Under the pieces are notes generated by a model that was given only the letters and a program-made list of their open reading frames with translations, did not search any database and was not told the DNA's origin. The translations under genes were made by a program, and so were the position numbers. DNA of 64,000 nt, taken from a virus (taxonomy: Duplodnaviria; Caudoviricetes). Below are positions 20,663 to 31,152 of the stretch, in pieces (within the stretch, counting starts at the first letter, position 1; the number at the start of each line of letters is the position of its first letter). The DNA is taken from the IMG/VR virus record IMGVR_UViG_3300031555_001441, positions 32,001 through 96,000 of that record. One strand, 5' to 3'.

Positions 20663-21137
20663 CTAGCATAAGAAGTAACTCTTGAGCTGCTTTTCGAACA
20701 TTGTCTCTAGATGTTCTATCTAACAAGGACGGAGGTGCATCTGTAGCTACAGTTTCAATCCCTTCAATATTCATCTCAGGTGTGGCTCCGATGTAAGGCT
20801 CCAACAACTTATGCGATTTTATCATATTATCTTGAAGTCGTTCTTGAATTGATATTAAGACCATCCACGTTGTAGGATCCATAGTATCTTGTGTAAGCAC
20901 TGTATTCTCGATTGATTCATAGAGTTTGTTTTCTATTTTATCCATCAACTCCGTATATCTTACAATACGTGTAAGCTGATGATATATTCGCTTTATAGTA
21001 AGTTCACGCACTGCTTGAGCGGGATTATCAGAACATGCTAATAAGGACGTCCGCATCTCTGCGACGCCCTCATTCTGCTTTCTTAGTAGCGGATCTTTCT
21101 CGCGGATCTCACCTTCAACAGTTTTGAAGTCGTCCAT
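20640..21137 (-). CDS. Hypothetical helical protein, possible terminase small subunit
   Basis: Overlaps the terL start; positional inference only. Confidence 0.4.
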   Translation of the reverse strand: MDDFKTVEGEIREKDPLLRKQNEGVAEMRTSLLACSDNPAQAVRELTIKRIYHQLTRIVRYTELMDKIENKLYESIENTVLTQDTMDPTTWMVLISIQERLQDNMIKSHKLLEPYIGATPEMNIEGIETVATDAPPSLLDRTSRDNVRKAAQELLLMLDEDKTDD

Positions 21138-21150
21138 ATCAATTCTCCGA

Positions 21151-21348
21151 TTATTTATTCAGGTCTAAAAGTACTACTCCTAAATTTGCAATTGATTCTT
21201 GAGCTAATATATCATCTTTTGCGTCTTTACCTAGTTCATCAATTGCAGCTCTTATGCATTTAATGGCCTTAGTGTAGCTAGAAGATTCAACAGCTTCACT
21301 CACTTTGTTTTGCTGTATCTGTGTTTTCGGCGACTTTGCGACTTTCAT
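21151..21348 (-). CDS. Small hypothetical protein
   Basis: ATG 21348 after GAGGAGG. Confidence 0.55.
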   Translation of the reverse strand: MKVAKSPKTQIQQNKVSEAVESSSYTKAIKCIRAAIDELGKDAKDDILAQESIANLGVVLLDLNK

Positions 21349-21643
21349 TAGGTACCTCCTCATTGACTTTCAAAAGTTTAACATATGTAGATTCTTCATC
21401 TTTTAAAAGATCATAGAAACTATCAAACGCTTTTTTAAGATCTTCATCATTCTTGATTACATCTCGAGCATACATATTAAGCTTATCTAAACATGTACGA
21501 ACTTTATTGATATCCGCACATGCTTCATAAGAAGCGATTTCTAGATCGGCAAGGGCATTAGCTGCGTCAAATCCCCAGATGTATCTACGAAATTCTGTGT
21601 ACAATGTATTATATGCATTTTGCAGCGCAGAAGAACTTATCAT
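21296..21643 (-). CDS. Hypothetical protein
   Basis: 115-aa ORF with RBS. Confidence 0.6.
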   Translation of the reverse strand: MISSSALQNAYNTLYTEFRRYIWGFDAANALADLEIASYEACADINKVRTCLDKLNMYARDVIKNDEDLKKAFDSFYDLLKDEESTYVKLLKVNEEVPNESRKVAENTDTAKQSE

Positions 21644-21653
21644 TTTATCACCC

Positions 21654-22349
21654 TCATTCTATAATTTCTTTAGCTTCATTGCTCTTTGAAATTTCAAACA
21701 CAATTGCATTATCAGTGCGAGCTAATCTATTAAATGATAAACTTGCATATCCAGATAATTCTAGAAGCTGAATCACCTGTTCCATCACGTTATTAAGGTT
21801 GATGTTATCATTGTAATATATCCATAACTCGTTGTTCTTAATAGATACCCGAGATACTCCCATACAATCTGTTCGATTATTAAGTGTGCCTTTGATAACA
21901 TCAGGTGATATCTGAGGTTCATCATCAAGATAAGTAGTACCGATCATCGCTTGTATCTTGACCGACTCGGATACAGGTTCTTCTGAAGTTGATTCTTCAG
22001 CAACAGGCTCCTCAGATTCTGTTTCCTCATCAAGAGTTTGCTCTTCATCAGGAAGAGGTTCTTCTTCTAAAGAATCATCAGGCAAGCTTGATGGCATTGA
22101 AGGGGCTGACCTAGGTGCAAATTCAGGACCACCTTCAAATAAAACATCGGTTTGACCCTTCTCATCTGGCGTTTTCTCTTTCTTTTGGTCACTTTCACGC
22201 AAGACATATTCAGGCTTGAGATATTCTTTATCAAGATACCTACGCAGTTGTTGAACTAACTCTGTGTTGATAGGATTTTCAATTGCAGCTTTCAACGCAT
22301 CTTTACGTGGACTTGTTTTGAATAATTTACTGCTATATATTGCTTCCAT
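21654..22349 (-). CDS. Hypothetical protein with acidic linker
   Basis: 231-aa ORF with AAGGAG RBS. Confidence 0.6.
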   Translation of the reverse strand: MEAIYSSKLFKTSPRKDALKAAIENPINTELVQQLRRYLDKEYLKPEYVLRESDQKKEKTPDEKGQTDVLFEGGPEFAPRSAPSMPSSLPDDSLEEEPLPDEEQTLDEETESEEPVAEESTSEEPVSESVKIQAMIGTTYLDDEPQISPDVIKGTLNNRTDCMGVSRVSIKNNELWIYYNDNINLNNVMEQVIQLLELSGYASLSFNRLARTDNAIVFEISKSNEAKEIIE

Positions 22350-22361
22350 CTATGTTACTCC

Positions 22362-23420
22362 TTAGTAATCATATCCAAATCGACTGAAATCTGTACGATA
22401 CCTTTCCATATCATGTTTAAGTTCTGTAAGTGTATCTGCCCTGAATTCTACTTCTGTATTTTCGTCATATCGAGGATCTCCTTCGAGGGCATCCATGTAC
22501 ACTACAAAAGGATCTTCGTATATAGGATTACCACCATCTCTGAAGTAACTGACGAGTGATCGACTCCATTCAGGGAGCTTCATCAACTTGGCCTTATCGC
22601 CTCTGAAATATGGATTAGCTACAATCTTCGCAGAAGCAATATCATCCTCTATCTCTTTACGAATGTTGTACCACCAGTCATATATTTTCTGGCGCATAGA
22701 TTTAGATAATCTAGGTATATCAGATTCGGTTGTTGTAGGAGATATTTTCAAAACAAATTGATGTGACACTTTAGATTGATAATGAACATAATATGCAGGC
22801 ATATCAGGGCGCTGAGTATTTAGCTCAATATCTATTCTGAACTTTTCAGTAAACGTATCCGTCTGTTTACAACCTGTCATATATGCTGAAAGTATAAGAT
22901 CTGAATATTTAGCGGTCAAAGCATCTAAGTAATCATCTATATCATTGTGAACTGTTGGCCACATATCAGCGATGTTAACTTCATAAATATTTGGAGTATT
23001 TGGCACAGTTGCGACATATCCGACAATAGAATTTCTTGAATCCCAGCTATCGTATAGATCTCCATCTATAACACAGCACATGTGATCCATTACAAGGTTC
23101 TCTGCTTCTTTTGCATGTTTGCGAGAATCTGTTAATAACAGATACGTTCCGCTAGAATGCGTTTCATAGAATTCACGAGTTGTCAAACGCTCCGATGTCT
23201 TTGCAAATTGAATTCCGCGTGTTTTAAGGTATGCTTCAAATACTCGAGGAACGTTATACTTAATAGCACCTAAATTACGTTTAGTTGCATTCAAATCAGA
23301 TCTAATGATGTCGTATGGCTCACCTAACGCAAGCGATATACTACGAACAACACAATCACCTACGTTATTATCATGTGTATTAGCATTGTAGTACTTAATA
23401 TCAGCGAATACATTCTTCAT
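22362..23420 (-). CDS. Protein with N-terminal putative papain/C39-like Cys-His-Asp domain
   Basis: GDCVVRSIS...HMCCVIDGDLYDSWD. Confidence 0.5.
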   Translation of the reverse strand: MKNVFADIKYYNANTHDNNVGDCVVRSISLALGEPYDIIRSDLNATKRNLGAIKYNVPRVFEAYLKTRGIQFAKTSERLTTREFYETHSSGTYLLLTDSRKHAKEAENLVMDHMCCVIDGDLYDSWDSRNSIVGYVATVPNTPNIYEVNIADMWPTVHNDIDDYLDALTAKYSDLILSAYMTGCKQTDTFTEKFRIDIELNTQRPDMPAYYVHYQSKVSHQFVLKISPTTTESDIPRLSKSMRQKIYDWWYNIRKEIEDDIASAKIVANPYFRGDKAKLMKLPEWSRSLVSYFRDGGNPIYEDPFVVYMDALEGDPRYDENTEVEFRADTLTELKHDMERYRTDFSRFGYDY

Positions 23421-23884
23421 GACTTATCCTTCGACGCTTGACACCCTTGATCAAAATATTCACGAATTGTCTTCATATAATCATAAGGCCTATCAGGATT
23501 ATCATTTTGAATGATATAGCTGAAATAAAGAGAAACTACATCATCTGTAAATCTATTTACAAGTTCTATTTTATATAGATGAAATCCTACAGTTTGATTT
23601 ATCTTATCGGTAAGTATCTTTATCCAAGGACGATTCTTTTCTCGTGTGACAAATTCTGTAATATCACAATCACTGGGTGCTTTATCGTAATCATCGCACA
23701 TCTCAAATACGCCGACAAGACGAAAATCGCGACTCATATAATCCGGTATTTTGACCCACAAGAAGTATTCAATTGTTCTGAAATTGATAACCTTTCCGTG
23801 CTCCGGCAGCTTATCATATGTATCGGCTACTAAACCGAACACTGGATATTCCATAGAAACAGACCTCATATACTTTATACACAT
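23417..23884 (-). CDS. Hypothetical protein
   Basis: ORF downstream of a class-B promoter motif. Confidence 0.6.
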   Translation of the reverse strand: MCIKYMRSVSMEYPVFGLVADTYDKLPEHGKVINFRTIEYFLWVKIPDYMSRDFRLVGVFEMCDDYDKAPSDCDITEFVTREKNRPWIKILTDKINQTVGFHLYKIELVNRFTDDVVSLYFSYIIQNDNPDRPYDYMKTIREYFDQGCQASKDKS

Positions 23885-23917
23885 GTATACAAGGTTGTTT
23901 ATATTTATTCAATAATA

Positions 23918-24589
23918 TTAGTTAAACGCAACTAACACGTCTTCATACTGAATATCTTGCTGTTCTGGTTTATTTTGTTGCGTCCAAATTGCTCCGAAGA
24001 TGTTCCACAAACACGCACGAATATGAGGTTCATCGTTATCTCCTCTACGTGCTTTCAGATAATGCCGAATTGCGCTATCAATGAAACTATGAAGCGGAAT
24101 ACCTTTTTCCCAGTTGTGCTCACCATATTTAACTGCTCCGCCTTCATATTGTTTTGCGGCATCAAGCACAGCCGACCACTTGTCTGGATAGAAAAGTTCA
24201 GTGAATCTATCTGCTGCAGAATATAACGCGTGGATATCACCTAGCTTCATATATTCTGCAAATTTACTGAGCACAGGATCGTCGTTTAGGAAAGTTTTTA
24301 TAACACTCAAAGGCATCAAATCACATCTACCTTTGCCTTCAACAATATCGCGAACAGCACCGCTTTCAAATACTCTGCGTTGCCCGCTATCTTTTATCTG
24401 GTTGACTCCATCAACAGACTCAGCAATATTTGAAAGTTCAGCTTCCGTAGCTTTAAAATCTTTGCAGAATTCTTCAACAGTACCATTCAGAAAATTTTTG
24501 TTTGCGTATATCGTCTCCATTGGATTAAATGTGCACGTATGTTTACATTCTTCCGTTTGATACTTTATGCAATCCAAACATTTCATCAA
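23918..24589 (-). CDS. dATP/dGTP diphosphohydrolase (DUF5664-like)
   Basis: SGAVRD...GKGRCDLMP...GAVKYGEHNWEKG...SAIRH...EPH...WN. Confidence 0.8.
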   Translation of the reverse strand: MMKCLDCIKYQTEECKHTCTFNPMETIYANKNFLNGTVEEFCKDFKATEAELSNIAESVDGVNQIKDSGQRRVFESGAVRDIVEGKGRCDLMPLSVIKTFLNDDPVLSKFAEYMKLGDIHALYSAADRFTELFYPDKWSAVLDAAKQYEGGAVKYGEHNWEKGIPLHSFIDSAIRHYLKARRGDNDEPHIRACLWNIFGAIWTQQNKPEQQDIQYEDVLVAFN

Positions 24590-24631
24590 TTGTATCTCCT
24601 CAAAATAAATATCTGTATGTATGTTTATGTA

Positions 24632-25810
24632 TTAAAAATGTGATTTCACTAGTCCGTTAACATTGAATATTTTCGCTTTGTTACCTTTGTTGAGTGTCAC
24701 TTGATTTGCAGTTATCTTCAATAACTTTTCAGGAACTGAACGCATACGTCCTTTGGGATGAGTGTATGCAACTTGACGGGCTACACTTTTAACACGGCCT
24801 AAATTCGATACCTGATACAGTCCCTCATACTCAACAACATCTTTCCAAATTTCGTTTGGAAGATTCAAAACAGTGCCGATATCATAATCAGGCTGAGAAC
24901 TTTCTACAAAATGTACACCTGCACATATGGTATGATTACGCACTGATGTAGATACATCTATTGTAGACACTCCGAAATGCGAAGCTGCAGCAGACTGCGA
25001 ATCAAACTCTTCTTGAGTCTCAATACAGCGTACTCTGACTTTTTGCTTTTCATTTGATACTGCGTTCCATCGAATGATATCTTCCTGTGTCCAATTAGTA
25101 CGAGTTCGGAGTCCCAACTGAATTGCATGCGCAACATTCTCTTTTGGTGTAACCCATTCGAGATTTTCAACACGATTGTTCTTCTTATTTCCATCTTTGT
25201 GATTGACTTGTGTTTTATTGTCAGGATTAGGAATGAACGCTTTAGCAACTAAGACATGCACCATCTTCATTTTTCCAAGATGTGTATTCTGACTTTCGCT
25301 ATCATACAAGCCTACTTGCAAATATCCATCTTTAGTTTCATCAAATGCTCGCATTATACCTCTAACGAGTCGATAACTGTTATTTTTAGCAGATACATAA
25401 TGATCTAAAGACCGAACGTCGCCATATCTAGATACTTGATAAATACCTTCATATCCTTCAATGTCCTTCCACGCAGGATCACTATAGTATTCGGACGATA
25501 ACATGAGATTGTCAGCTCTATTGTTATGATAGTCGCCGTCTATATGTGATACACATCTGTCTACTGGAATATTCAAAAAGAGAAGTGCAACTAACGGAGC
25601 AATATAGACGTTTGTATACTTGCCGTCTTTATGTAAAACAACATAATCTAACGAAGTTGATTCTGTATGCACTTTGATATACATTGAAGGTACTTTGGTG
25701 TGAGCCCCAGAAACATTAGTAAAATGTCGTTCACAGCTCTGCACTGTGCCGTAATTACTGATCATGTACAGACCTTCATATCCTGGTATAGATCGCCAAA
25801 TAATATCCAT
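24632..25810 (-). CDS. NUMOD4-HNH homing endonuclease (three NUMOD4 units)
   Basis: WxxIxGYEGxYxxSxxG three times; [13 protein letters not shown]...[18 protein letters not shown]. Confidence 0.88.
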   Translation of the reverse strand: MDIIWRSIPGYEGLYMISNYGTVQSCERHFTNVSGAHTKVPSMYIKVHTESTSLDYVVLHKDGKYTNVYIAPLVALLFLNIPVDRCVSHIDGDYHNNRADNLMLSSEYYSDPAWKDIEGYEGIYQVSRYGDVRSLDHYVSAKNNSYRLVRGIMRAFDETKDGYLQVGLYDSESQNTHLGKMKMVHVLVAKAFIPNPDNKTQVNHKDGNKKNNRVENLEWVTPKENVAHAIQLGLRTRTNWTQEDIIRWNAVSNEKQKVRVRCIETQEEFDSQSAAASHFGVSTIDVSTSVRNHTICAGVHFVESSQPDYDIGTVLNLPNEIWKDVVEYEGLYQVSNLGRVKSVARQVAYTHPKGRMRSVPEKLLKITANQVTLNKGNKAKIFNVNGLVKSHF

Positions 25811-25819
25811 CTACTCACC

Positions 25820-26779
25820 TCATAGATCGAATAGTTTTCTAGGTCTCTTCACTCGATTTTCATTGTATTTGTATCGAGTAGCCAACAACTTCTGAATGTT
25901 ACGCATTGTTACAACTACTCGAGCTGCTGACGATTCTTGAATCTGTTCAAGTGTAAATCCTAGAGCTTCTATCTCTTCCGTTAGTTTCTTGATGTTGTAT
26001 TCGTCAGCAGTCTCTAGAAAACTCATGTTTGATTTGCTTTTTGACGTTCGGTCTCGTTTAGATACCGAAATCACGCCGAATTGTGAAGACAATATCTTGC
26101 AGTATCCGGAAATAAGTCGATGGCTTATACTGTCCGCCGAATAGCACGGATACTTAGACAATGCATCCAGACTGGTCATACCATATAAGTGTGTCTTGAC
26201 ATCCGGATTAGAAGATTTCGCTATGTGATCAGCAACTTCTCTTAGATATATGTTCTTTTCAGCTTGAGAAACATCATTAGCAGGTGATATTCCACAGTAA
26301 TCCAGTTTCTCATTGTTGGAGCTCCTCCAATTTAACATGTTCTCAAGAGCTGAGAATGATTCCCCAAAATGGAAAACAGGCATCAACTTGTTAGGGGATT
26401 TGACTCGCTCTCTCATGTACAGATAGTTTTCCCACGATTTACGAGCTGACTCTTCGTAGTCTTCCTTACTTTTGGGCTGTCCGAATTTACCTGGGATAGT
26501 ATCCAGCTGAGCAAATATATCAATATCAGCATCAATGCTGTTTACATATTCAATATATTCATCAACAGTTGTATTTGCGTTTCCTGTATGGATACTAAAT
26601 GCTCCCGAATCAATGAAAAGAGATCTGCAGAATCCTTCGTGCTTCCATTGAATAGCTCTAGGAATAGCACTGCGATCTAACTGCGATATCAGTATGTCAA
26701 TCGGCTGAAAATCCGGCATCGCAAGCAGCATATCATGCATCTCTTGTGTTAATGATCCGCTAAAATAATATCTCTCCAT
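25820..26779 (-). CDS. dpdA: DpdA/TGT-like 7-deazaguanine transglycosylase
   Basis: FIDSGAFS, LDTIP, PVFH, HLYG, YSADS motifs of the TGT/DpdA fold. Confidence 0.7.
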   Translation of the reverse strand: MERYYFSGSLTQEMHDMLLAMPDFQPIDILISQLDRSAIPRAIQWKHEGFCRSLFIDSGAFSIHTGNANTTVDEYIEYVNSIDADIDIFAQLDTIPGKFGQPKSKEDYEESARKSWENYLYMRERVKSPNKLMPVFHFGESFSALENMLNWRSSNNEKLDYCGISPANDVSQAEKNIYLREVADHIAKSSNPDVKTHLYGMTSLDALSKYPCYSADSISHRLISGYCKILSSQFGVISVSKRDRTSKSKSNMSFLETADEYNIKKLTEEIEALGFTLEQIQESSAARVVVTMRNIQKLLATRYKYNENRVKRPRKLFDL

Positions 26780-27141
26780 TAGTATCTAACTCCTTGACGT
26801 TGATATGTAACATTTGTAGGTATAAGTCGTAATCTGAGATTATCAATACGATTGTTCCATATGTTGCCATCTATGTGATCAACCTGCGGAAAATAATAAA
26901 TACTTATCTCAGGATATCTAAAAGCTTGCATAACTAAATGCGATACGCTCGCATCGAATGAATGTCCTTTACGGTATAAAACAACGCTTACTGATCCTTT
27001 AGTATATTGAGGCTTCTTGATACCTTGAGGATCTTTACATCTGTGTGAACCACATAGACTTCTAACCTGTCCTAAATTTGATATTTCATATCGGTCCTCA
27101 AATCCGGGTATAGGTCTCCATTCAACTGCAACTTCAAACAT
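26779..27141 (-). CDS. Short NUMOD4-HNH endonuclease
   Basis: WRPIPGFEDRYEISNLG...VDHIDGNIWNNRIDNL. Confidence 0.8.
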   Translation of the reverse strand: MFEVAVEWRPIPGFEDRYEISNLGQVRSLCGSHRCKDPQGIKKPQYTKGSVSVVLYRKGHSFDASVSHLVMQAFRYPEISIYYFPQVDHIDGNIWNNRIDNLRLRLIPTNVTYQRQGVRY

Positions 27142-27186
27142 AATTGATCTCCTTGATATTTATTGATATGTACATTCTATAACGAT

Positions 27187-27966
27187 TCAAGATTTATATT
27201 TACAATTGAATACAAAATGAGCTAGAACTGCATGCGCTGCAACTCGGCTAGTATCAAGTTCAACTAAACATTGTAACGCATATTTTTTCACTAGTTCATT
27301 TCTAGTTGTTCCATATATGTATCTAATTACAAATATTGTAGGGCTCTCCGTATTGTCGTTGTAGTGCCCGAGTTTCCATGTTAAGTTAGATACATTATCT
27401 TTGAAGTTGATATTTGATAGATCATAGAAATAATCAAGCTGCGGTTGAGTCATCTGAAAAATAGCATCAATATCAGCAAATGATCGACACATTGTCCACA
27501 TGACAGAGTTCTTACGCAAAGCATAAAGTGTAGGATCTTTTTGAGCTCCGTAAGTCTCTAAATCAATCGGAGTAGGTTGACCTATACTTACACAAACACT
27601 TCGACTTAAAATAGTATCAGGAACACCTCGAATATTTCTGCAGGTAACTACAATATATACATTTGATTGAGGTTCTTCTAAAAATTTCAGAAGTGTATAT
27701 GCAGCTGCCGGCACACCAGTATCTAGATTCTCAATGCAGATAAGCATCGGATTTGACAAGTTCGCGACACTATTCATCATAGAACGAACCGCTGAAACAG
27801 TAGGCTCTACAAATGAAATGTCATCAATATTTAGCATTTTAGCATATTCACTTGCAAGATAAGATTTTCCGCAACCTGCCGGACCTTCTATCATAACGCT
27901 GTGACGATCCGAAGTCGCAACCTGACGTAATTCAGATACGGCTTCAGATTGATATATAAACTCCAT
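27187..27966 (-). CDS. Clamp-loader delta-prime-like AAA+ subunit
   Basis: GPAGCGKS, LLKFLEEP, TILSRS. Confidence 0.75.
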   Translation of the reverse strand: MEFIYQSEAVSELRQVATSDRHSVMIEGPAGCGKSYLASEYAKMLNIDDISFVEPTVSAVRSMMNSVANLSNPMLICIENLDTGVPAAAYTLLKFLEEPQSNVYIVVTCRNIRGVPDTILSRSVCVSIGQPTPIDLETYGAQKDPTLYALRKNSVMWTMCRSFADIDAIFQMTQPQLDYFYDLSNINFKDNVSNLTWKLGHYNDNTESPTIFVIRYIYGTTRNELVKKYALQCLVELDTSRVAAHAVLAHFVFNCKYKS

Positions 27967-28874
27967 CAAGATTCCTCCCACATCGGTATGTGTTGAAACT
28001 GTGTTAAACTGAACAAGTATATTAAACTATTGTATGGATCACCCACATTAGATCTAAGCTGACATAATTCGTGAAATGTATGCTCAAACATGTTGTAAAC
28101 ATCAGAACGAGTCCATCGGCTAGCGTATTCACGCAGCGGACTCGATGTGTATTTGTTATCTAATAGCTTATCTAATTCAATCAACATTGATAATATTGAA
28201 TAAAATATGTTATCAAGTTGAGGGCTATCCTCTAAGACCTTGATACATCTTTTGAAGCTTCGAGCAGCTACAGCTTGTTTTATCAGAGCATCAGAAGTTT
28301 CAGAAACTACACCAAATAAATGTGTTATATCTCTTTCATCAACTTTGAACAGATCTTGTTTATCTAAATATGTGAGTGATCGGCACATCATATTTGCTTG
28401 ATGATAATTGACTGCGTATTTAACTATATACGATATCAACATATCCGGAAGTTCGCTGTAATCACGTTTTAAGTATTTAGCTATAAAATGAGGAGCTACT
28501 GTATCAATACTCGTTGTTGTGTCTGGTAAGAATTTTTCCAGCTTAGCCGATTGTTTAGCATCGCTGTATATGCAAATCAGCGTACCCACTATCTTTAGTT
28601 TGCGTAACTTCTCAGCCACTATCTCATTTAGACCGGAAACAAACTCATCGTCATATCTTACAACATATACGCAAGGAATCAGCGGAACAAGATGCTTAAC
28701 AGACATCAAACTGATAACTTCAGACACTTTCTGCATCTCTTTGATGTCGCCATAATGTGTTTTTAATGCATCTATATATGCTGCTTTGATTCCATACTCA
28801 GGACCTGTAAGTATGTATAACGAATGCGGCTTACCTGTGAGTATCTCCGTTCCTACTTCTTGTAGTGATTTCAT
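27966..28874 (-). CDS. Clamp-loader delta (HolA)-like subunit
   Basis: LYILTGPEYGI N-terminus; adjacent to the delta-prime-like gene. Confidence 0.55.
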   Translation of the reverse strand: MKSLQEVGTEILTGKPHSLYILTGPEYGIKAAYIDALKTHYGDIKEMQKVSEVISLMSVKHLVPLIPCVYVVRYDDEFVSGLNEIVAEKLRKLKIVGTLICIYSDAKQSAKLEKFLPDTTTSIDTVAPHFIAKYLKRDYSELPDMLISYIVKYAVNYHQANMMCRSLTYLDKQDLFKVDERDITHLFGVVSETSDALIKQAVAARSFKRCIKVLEDSPQLDNIFYSILSMLIELDKLLDNKYTSSPLREYASRWTRSDVYNMFEHTFHELCQLRSNVGDPYNSLIYLFSLTQFQHIPMWEES

Positions 28875-29377
28875 TGCTGTTCTCCGAATAATTGTGCAAA
28901 ATGTGAAAATCTCAACAAATGACAGTGTTCGCCATGCCAAACAAGATCAATGTAATTGTACTCCCAGTTGTTTGAATCATTGTAATCATGAAGATATCTT
29001 CTGACGCAATTAGCGATGAATGACAAGTTTCTTCTTATCGAAAAATTATGTATATGTGGAATTTCAACAGCTGTTCCCTCGTGATCAAATGCAGGTATCA
29101 AACACCAGGTGTATTCTAGAAGTTGGGAGCCATCATCTACAAACAGTACAGGACGCTTAAATTTAGATGTTGCTTCCTCGCATATCTTCTTCCAATGATC
29201 ATACTGAAATACAACTTGAGGGATGCGCTTAACATGTGTTTTGCATTCGCCTAACCACTCCATGCCCTCCACGTCTCCGGGTAAACAGCTCCGAGCACCG
29301 CTTCCTGACACACGTTTCCAACCTAATGAGCCTGATATCTTGATTTCTTGTACTTCACTAAATGTCTTTGTATTCAT
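28871..29377 (-). CDS. Holliday-junction resolvase-like PD-(D/E)xK nuclease
   Basis: QE...SGSGA...PGDV...ECKT. Confidence 0.65.
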   Translation of the reverse strand: MNTKTFSEVQEIKISGSLGWKRVSGSGARSCLPGDVEGMEWLGECKTHVKRIPQVVFQYDHWKKICEEATSKFKRPVLFVDDGSQLLEYTWCLIPAFDHEGTAVEIPHIHNFSIRRNLSFIANCVRRYLHDYNDSNNWEYNYIDLVWHGEHCHLLRFSHFAQLFGEQQ

Positions 29378-30542
29378 CTGACAGATCGTCTCCTTCTGCA
29401 TCTGATGCATCTTTTCCTGAAATATCTGCTAGTATGTAATCTGTAAGTTTCTGATAATAATCAGGATGTGATTGTACATACTCTAATACTTTTGCAAAAC
29501 CATTTATTTTCAGCGGTTTACCTGATTCATCTTCGAGTATCTCTCCGTTTGACGGATCAGTGAGTGTAAACCAAGCACCTGCTTTGCGAATGATGTTATA
29601 CTTGCTTGTAGCAAGCTGCGTCATGTCCATATCAACACGAATTCCGGAATGCGCCATTAAATAATAGGACCCGTTGCGTCTATCATTTGGCGCGCTCTTT
29701 TGTTTTACTATTTTTGCAGTAACTTTATAACCTGCCGGATTCTCTATGTTCGCAGGCAGCTCATTGCCTAAGAAGTCTACCGGAGCGCCTATCTTGAATA
29801 ATATCCTCAACGAAGCATAAAATTTAACAGCTCTACCTCCCGGAGTATTTACCACATAAGGATTGTCCATGTTATCTCGTGTCTGATTAATAAATATCAT
29901 AGTTGTATCGTATCGAGTAAGAAGCGGTACAATCTTTCGACAAAATGTGGTAAGAAGTCCAGCAACAGGTGCTACAGTTCTTTCACCATACTTTTTTTCT
30001 AGCTCACTTTGTGTGACCAGCGAAGGAATGGAATCTAGTACAACTAGTCCAATTTCACCTGTTTCTACTAACTCTTGCAGTGTTTGCAGAAGAGTTTCAG
30101 CGACAACATCAGGCGGCTGCATTATATCAATCGCCTCAGGTTCAATACCAAGCGTGCTCGCCCAAGCGCTATCAAATGAATGCTCAAGATCCAAATAGAG
30201 AACTCGCTTTGGACCACGTTCGATAAGATCATCAAGCTCAATTGCTGCTGCTTTACTTTCGGCTGCCTTCTTCTGCAGAGCTTGAATCTGAACATCGTGT
30301 TCGCGGACAAATAGATCGTGTGCGTTCTTGCAAATATCTACAGCTGTTGTTGACTTACCTCCTGAAGGTTCACCAAAGAACTCTGTAATAGCACGCCGCG
30401 GAATGCCTCCATATGTTGAATAGTTAAGAAGCGGACTAGAAAAGGGAATCTTATCCCCGCGCTTTGTCATTGCAGCATCCATGAGTGATTCACAATTCCA
30501 AGCTTTTTTCCTTGAATTTATTATATCGGTATATCTTGACAT
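29358..30542 (-). CDS. recA: RecA/UvsX recombinase
   Basis: GGIPR, EFFGEPSGGKST, LVVLDS, FINQ, TPGGRAVKFYASLR. Confidence 0.92.
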   Translation of the reverse strand: MSRYTDIINSRKKAWNCESLMDAAMTKRGDKIPFSSPLLNYSTYGGIPRRAITEFFGEPSGGKSTTAVDICKNAHDLFVREHDVQIQALQKKAAESKAAAIELDDLIERGPKRVLYLDLEHSFDSAWASTLGIEPEAIDIMQPPDVVAETLLQTLQELVETGEIGLVVLDSIPSLVTQSELEKKYGERTVAPVAGLLTTFCRKIVPLLTRYDTTMIFINQTRDNMDNPYVVNTPGGRAVKFYASLRILFKIGAPVDFLGNELPANIENPAGYKVTAKIVKQKSAPNDRRNGSYYLMAHSGIRVDMDMTQLATSKYNIIRKAGAWFTLTDPSNGEILEDESGKPLKINGFAKVLEYVQSHPDYYQKLTDYILADISGKDASDAEGDDLSDEYKDI

Positions 30543-30551
30543 ATTTTACTC

Positions 30552-31151
30552 CTATTTAATATATACGTTAGTTGATTTAGATATTTCTTGATAATCAGGT
30601 AACTCGGTGCTGGGAACCACCTCACTTATAGGATTAACTGTTTCAGTAGCACGTCTGCCGTCCCATATTTTCTTAGCTCCCATTATAAGTTCACGACTCA
30701 TTGAGATTTCGTGTTCAATTCGATCAATGATTGTATCGTATGCGGATATAAGAACTTCATGATCTGTCATCTCAGCTGCAACACACTTAAGTATCCAATC
30801 TCGTTTATCAGTAGCTGATAATCTTACATTACCTAAGAGGACTTCACCTTCTGAAAGTTCTACAATACGTTTGTGCCGATGCTCCTTCATACGAAGTTTA
30901 ATAGTTTGTTGTTCTAGCTTAATTGCATTAAGATTCTCAGATACCTCAAATAACTTGAGAGGGAGCGTTGTGAGAATTTCTGTAAGTTCAGAATCTGTTA
31001 TCGGATTGCTATCAGATTGCATCCGTGCTTGCAACTGATAAACAAGTTCAAATGAACTCCTAAATCGAGAGTCATATACATCATTGCAGAATTGTGAAGT
31101 TTCGGAAATATCTTTCTCATAACTATTAAGTGCATCAAACAATGAACCCAT
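30552..31151 (-). CDS. Hypothetical helical protein (possible recombination mediator)
   Basis: Coiled-coil character; next to recA. Confidence 0.5.
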   Translation of the reverse strand: MGSLFDALNSYEKDISETSQFCNDVYDSRFRSSFELVYQLQARMQSDSNPITDSELTEILTTLPLKLFEVSENLNAIKLEQQTIKLRMKEHRHKRIVELSEGEVLLGNVRLSATDKRDWILKCVAAEMTDHEVLISAYDTIIDRIEHEISMSRELIMGAKKIWDGRRATETVNPISEVVPSTELPDYQEISKSTNVYIK

Positions 31152-31152
31152 C

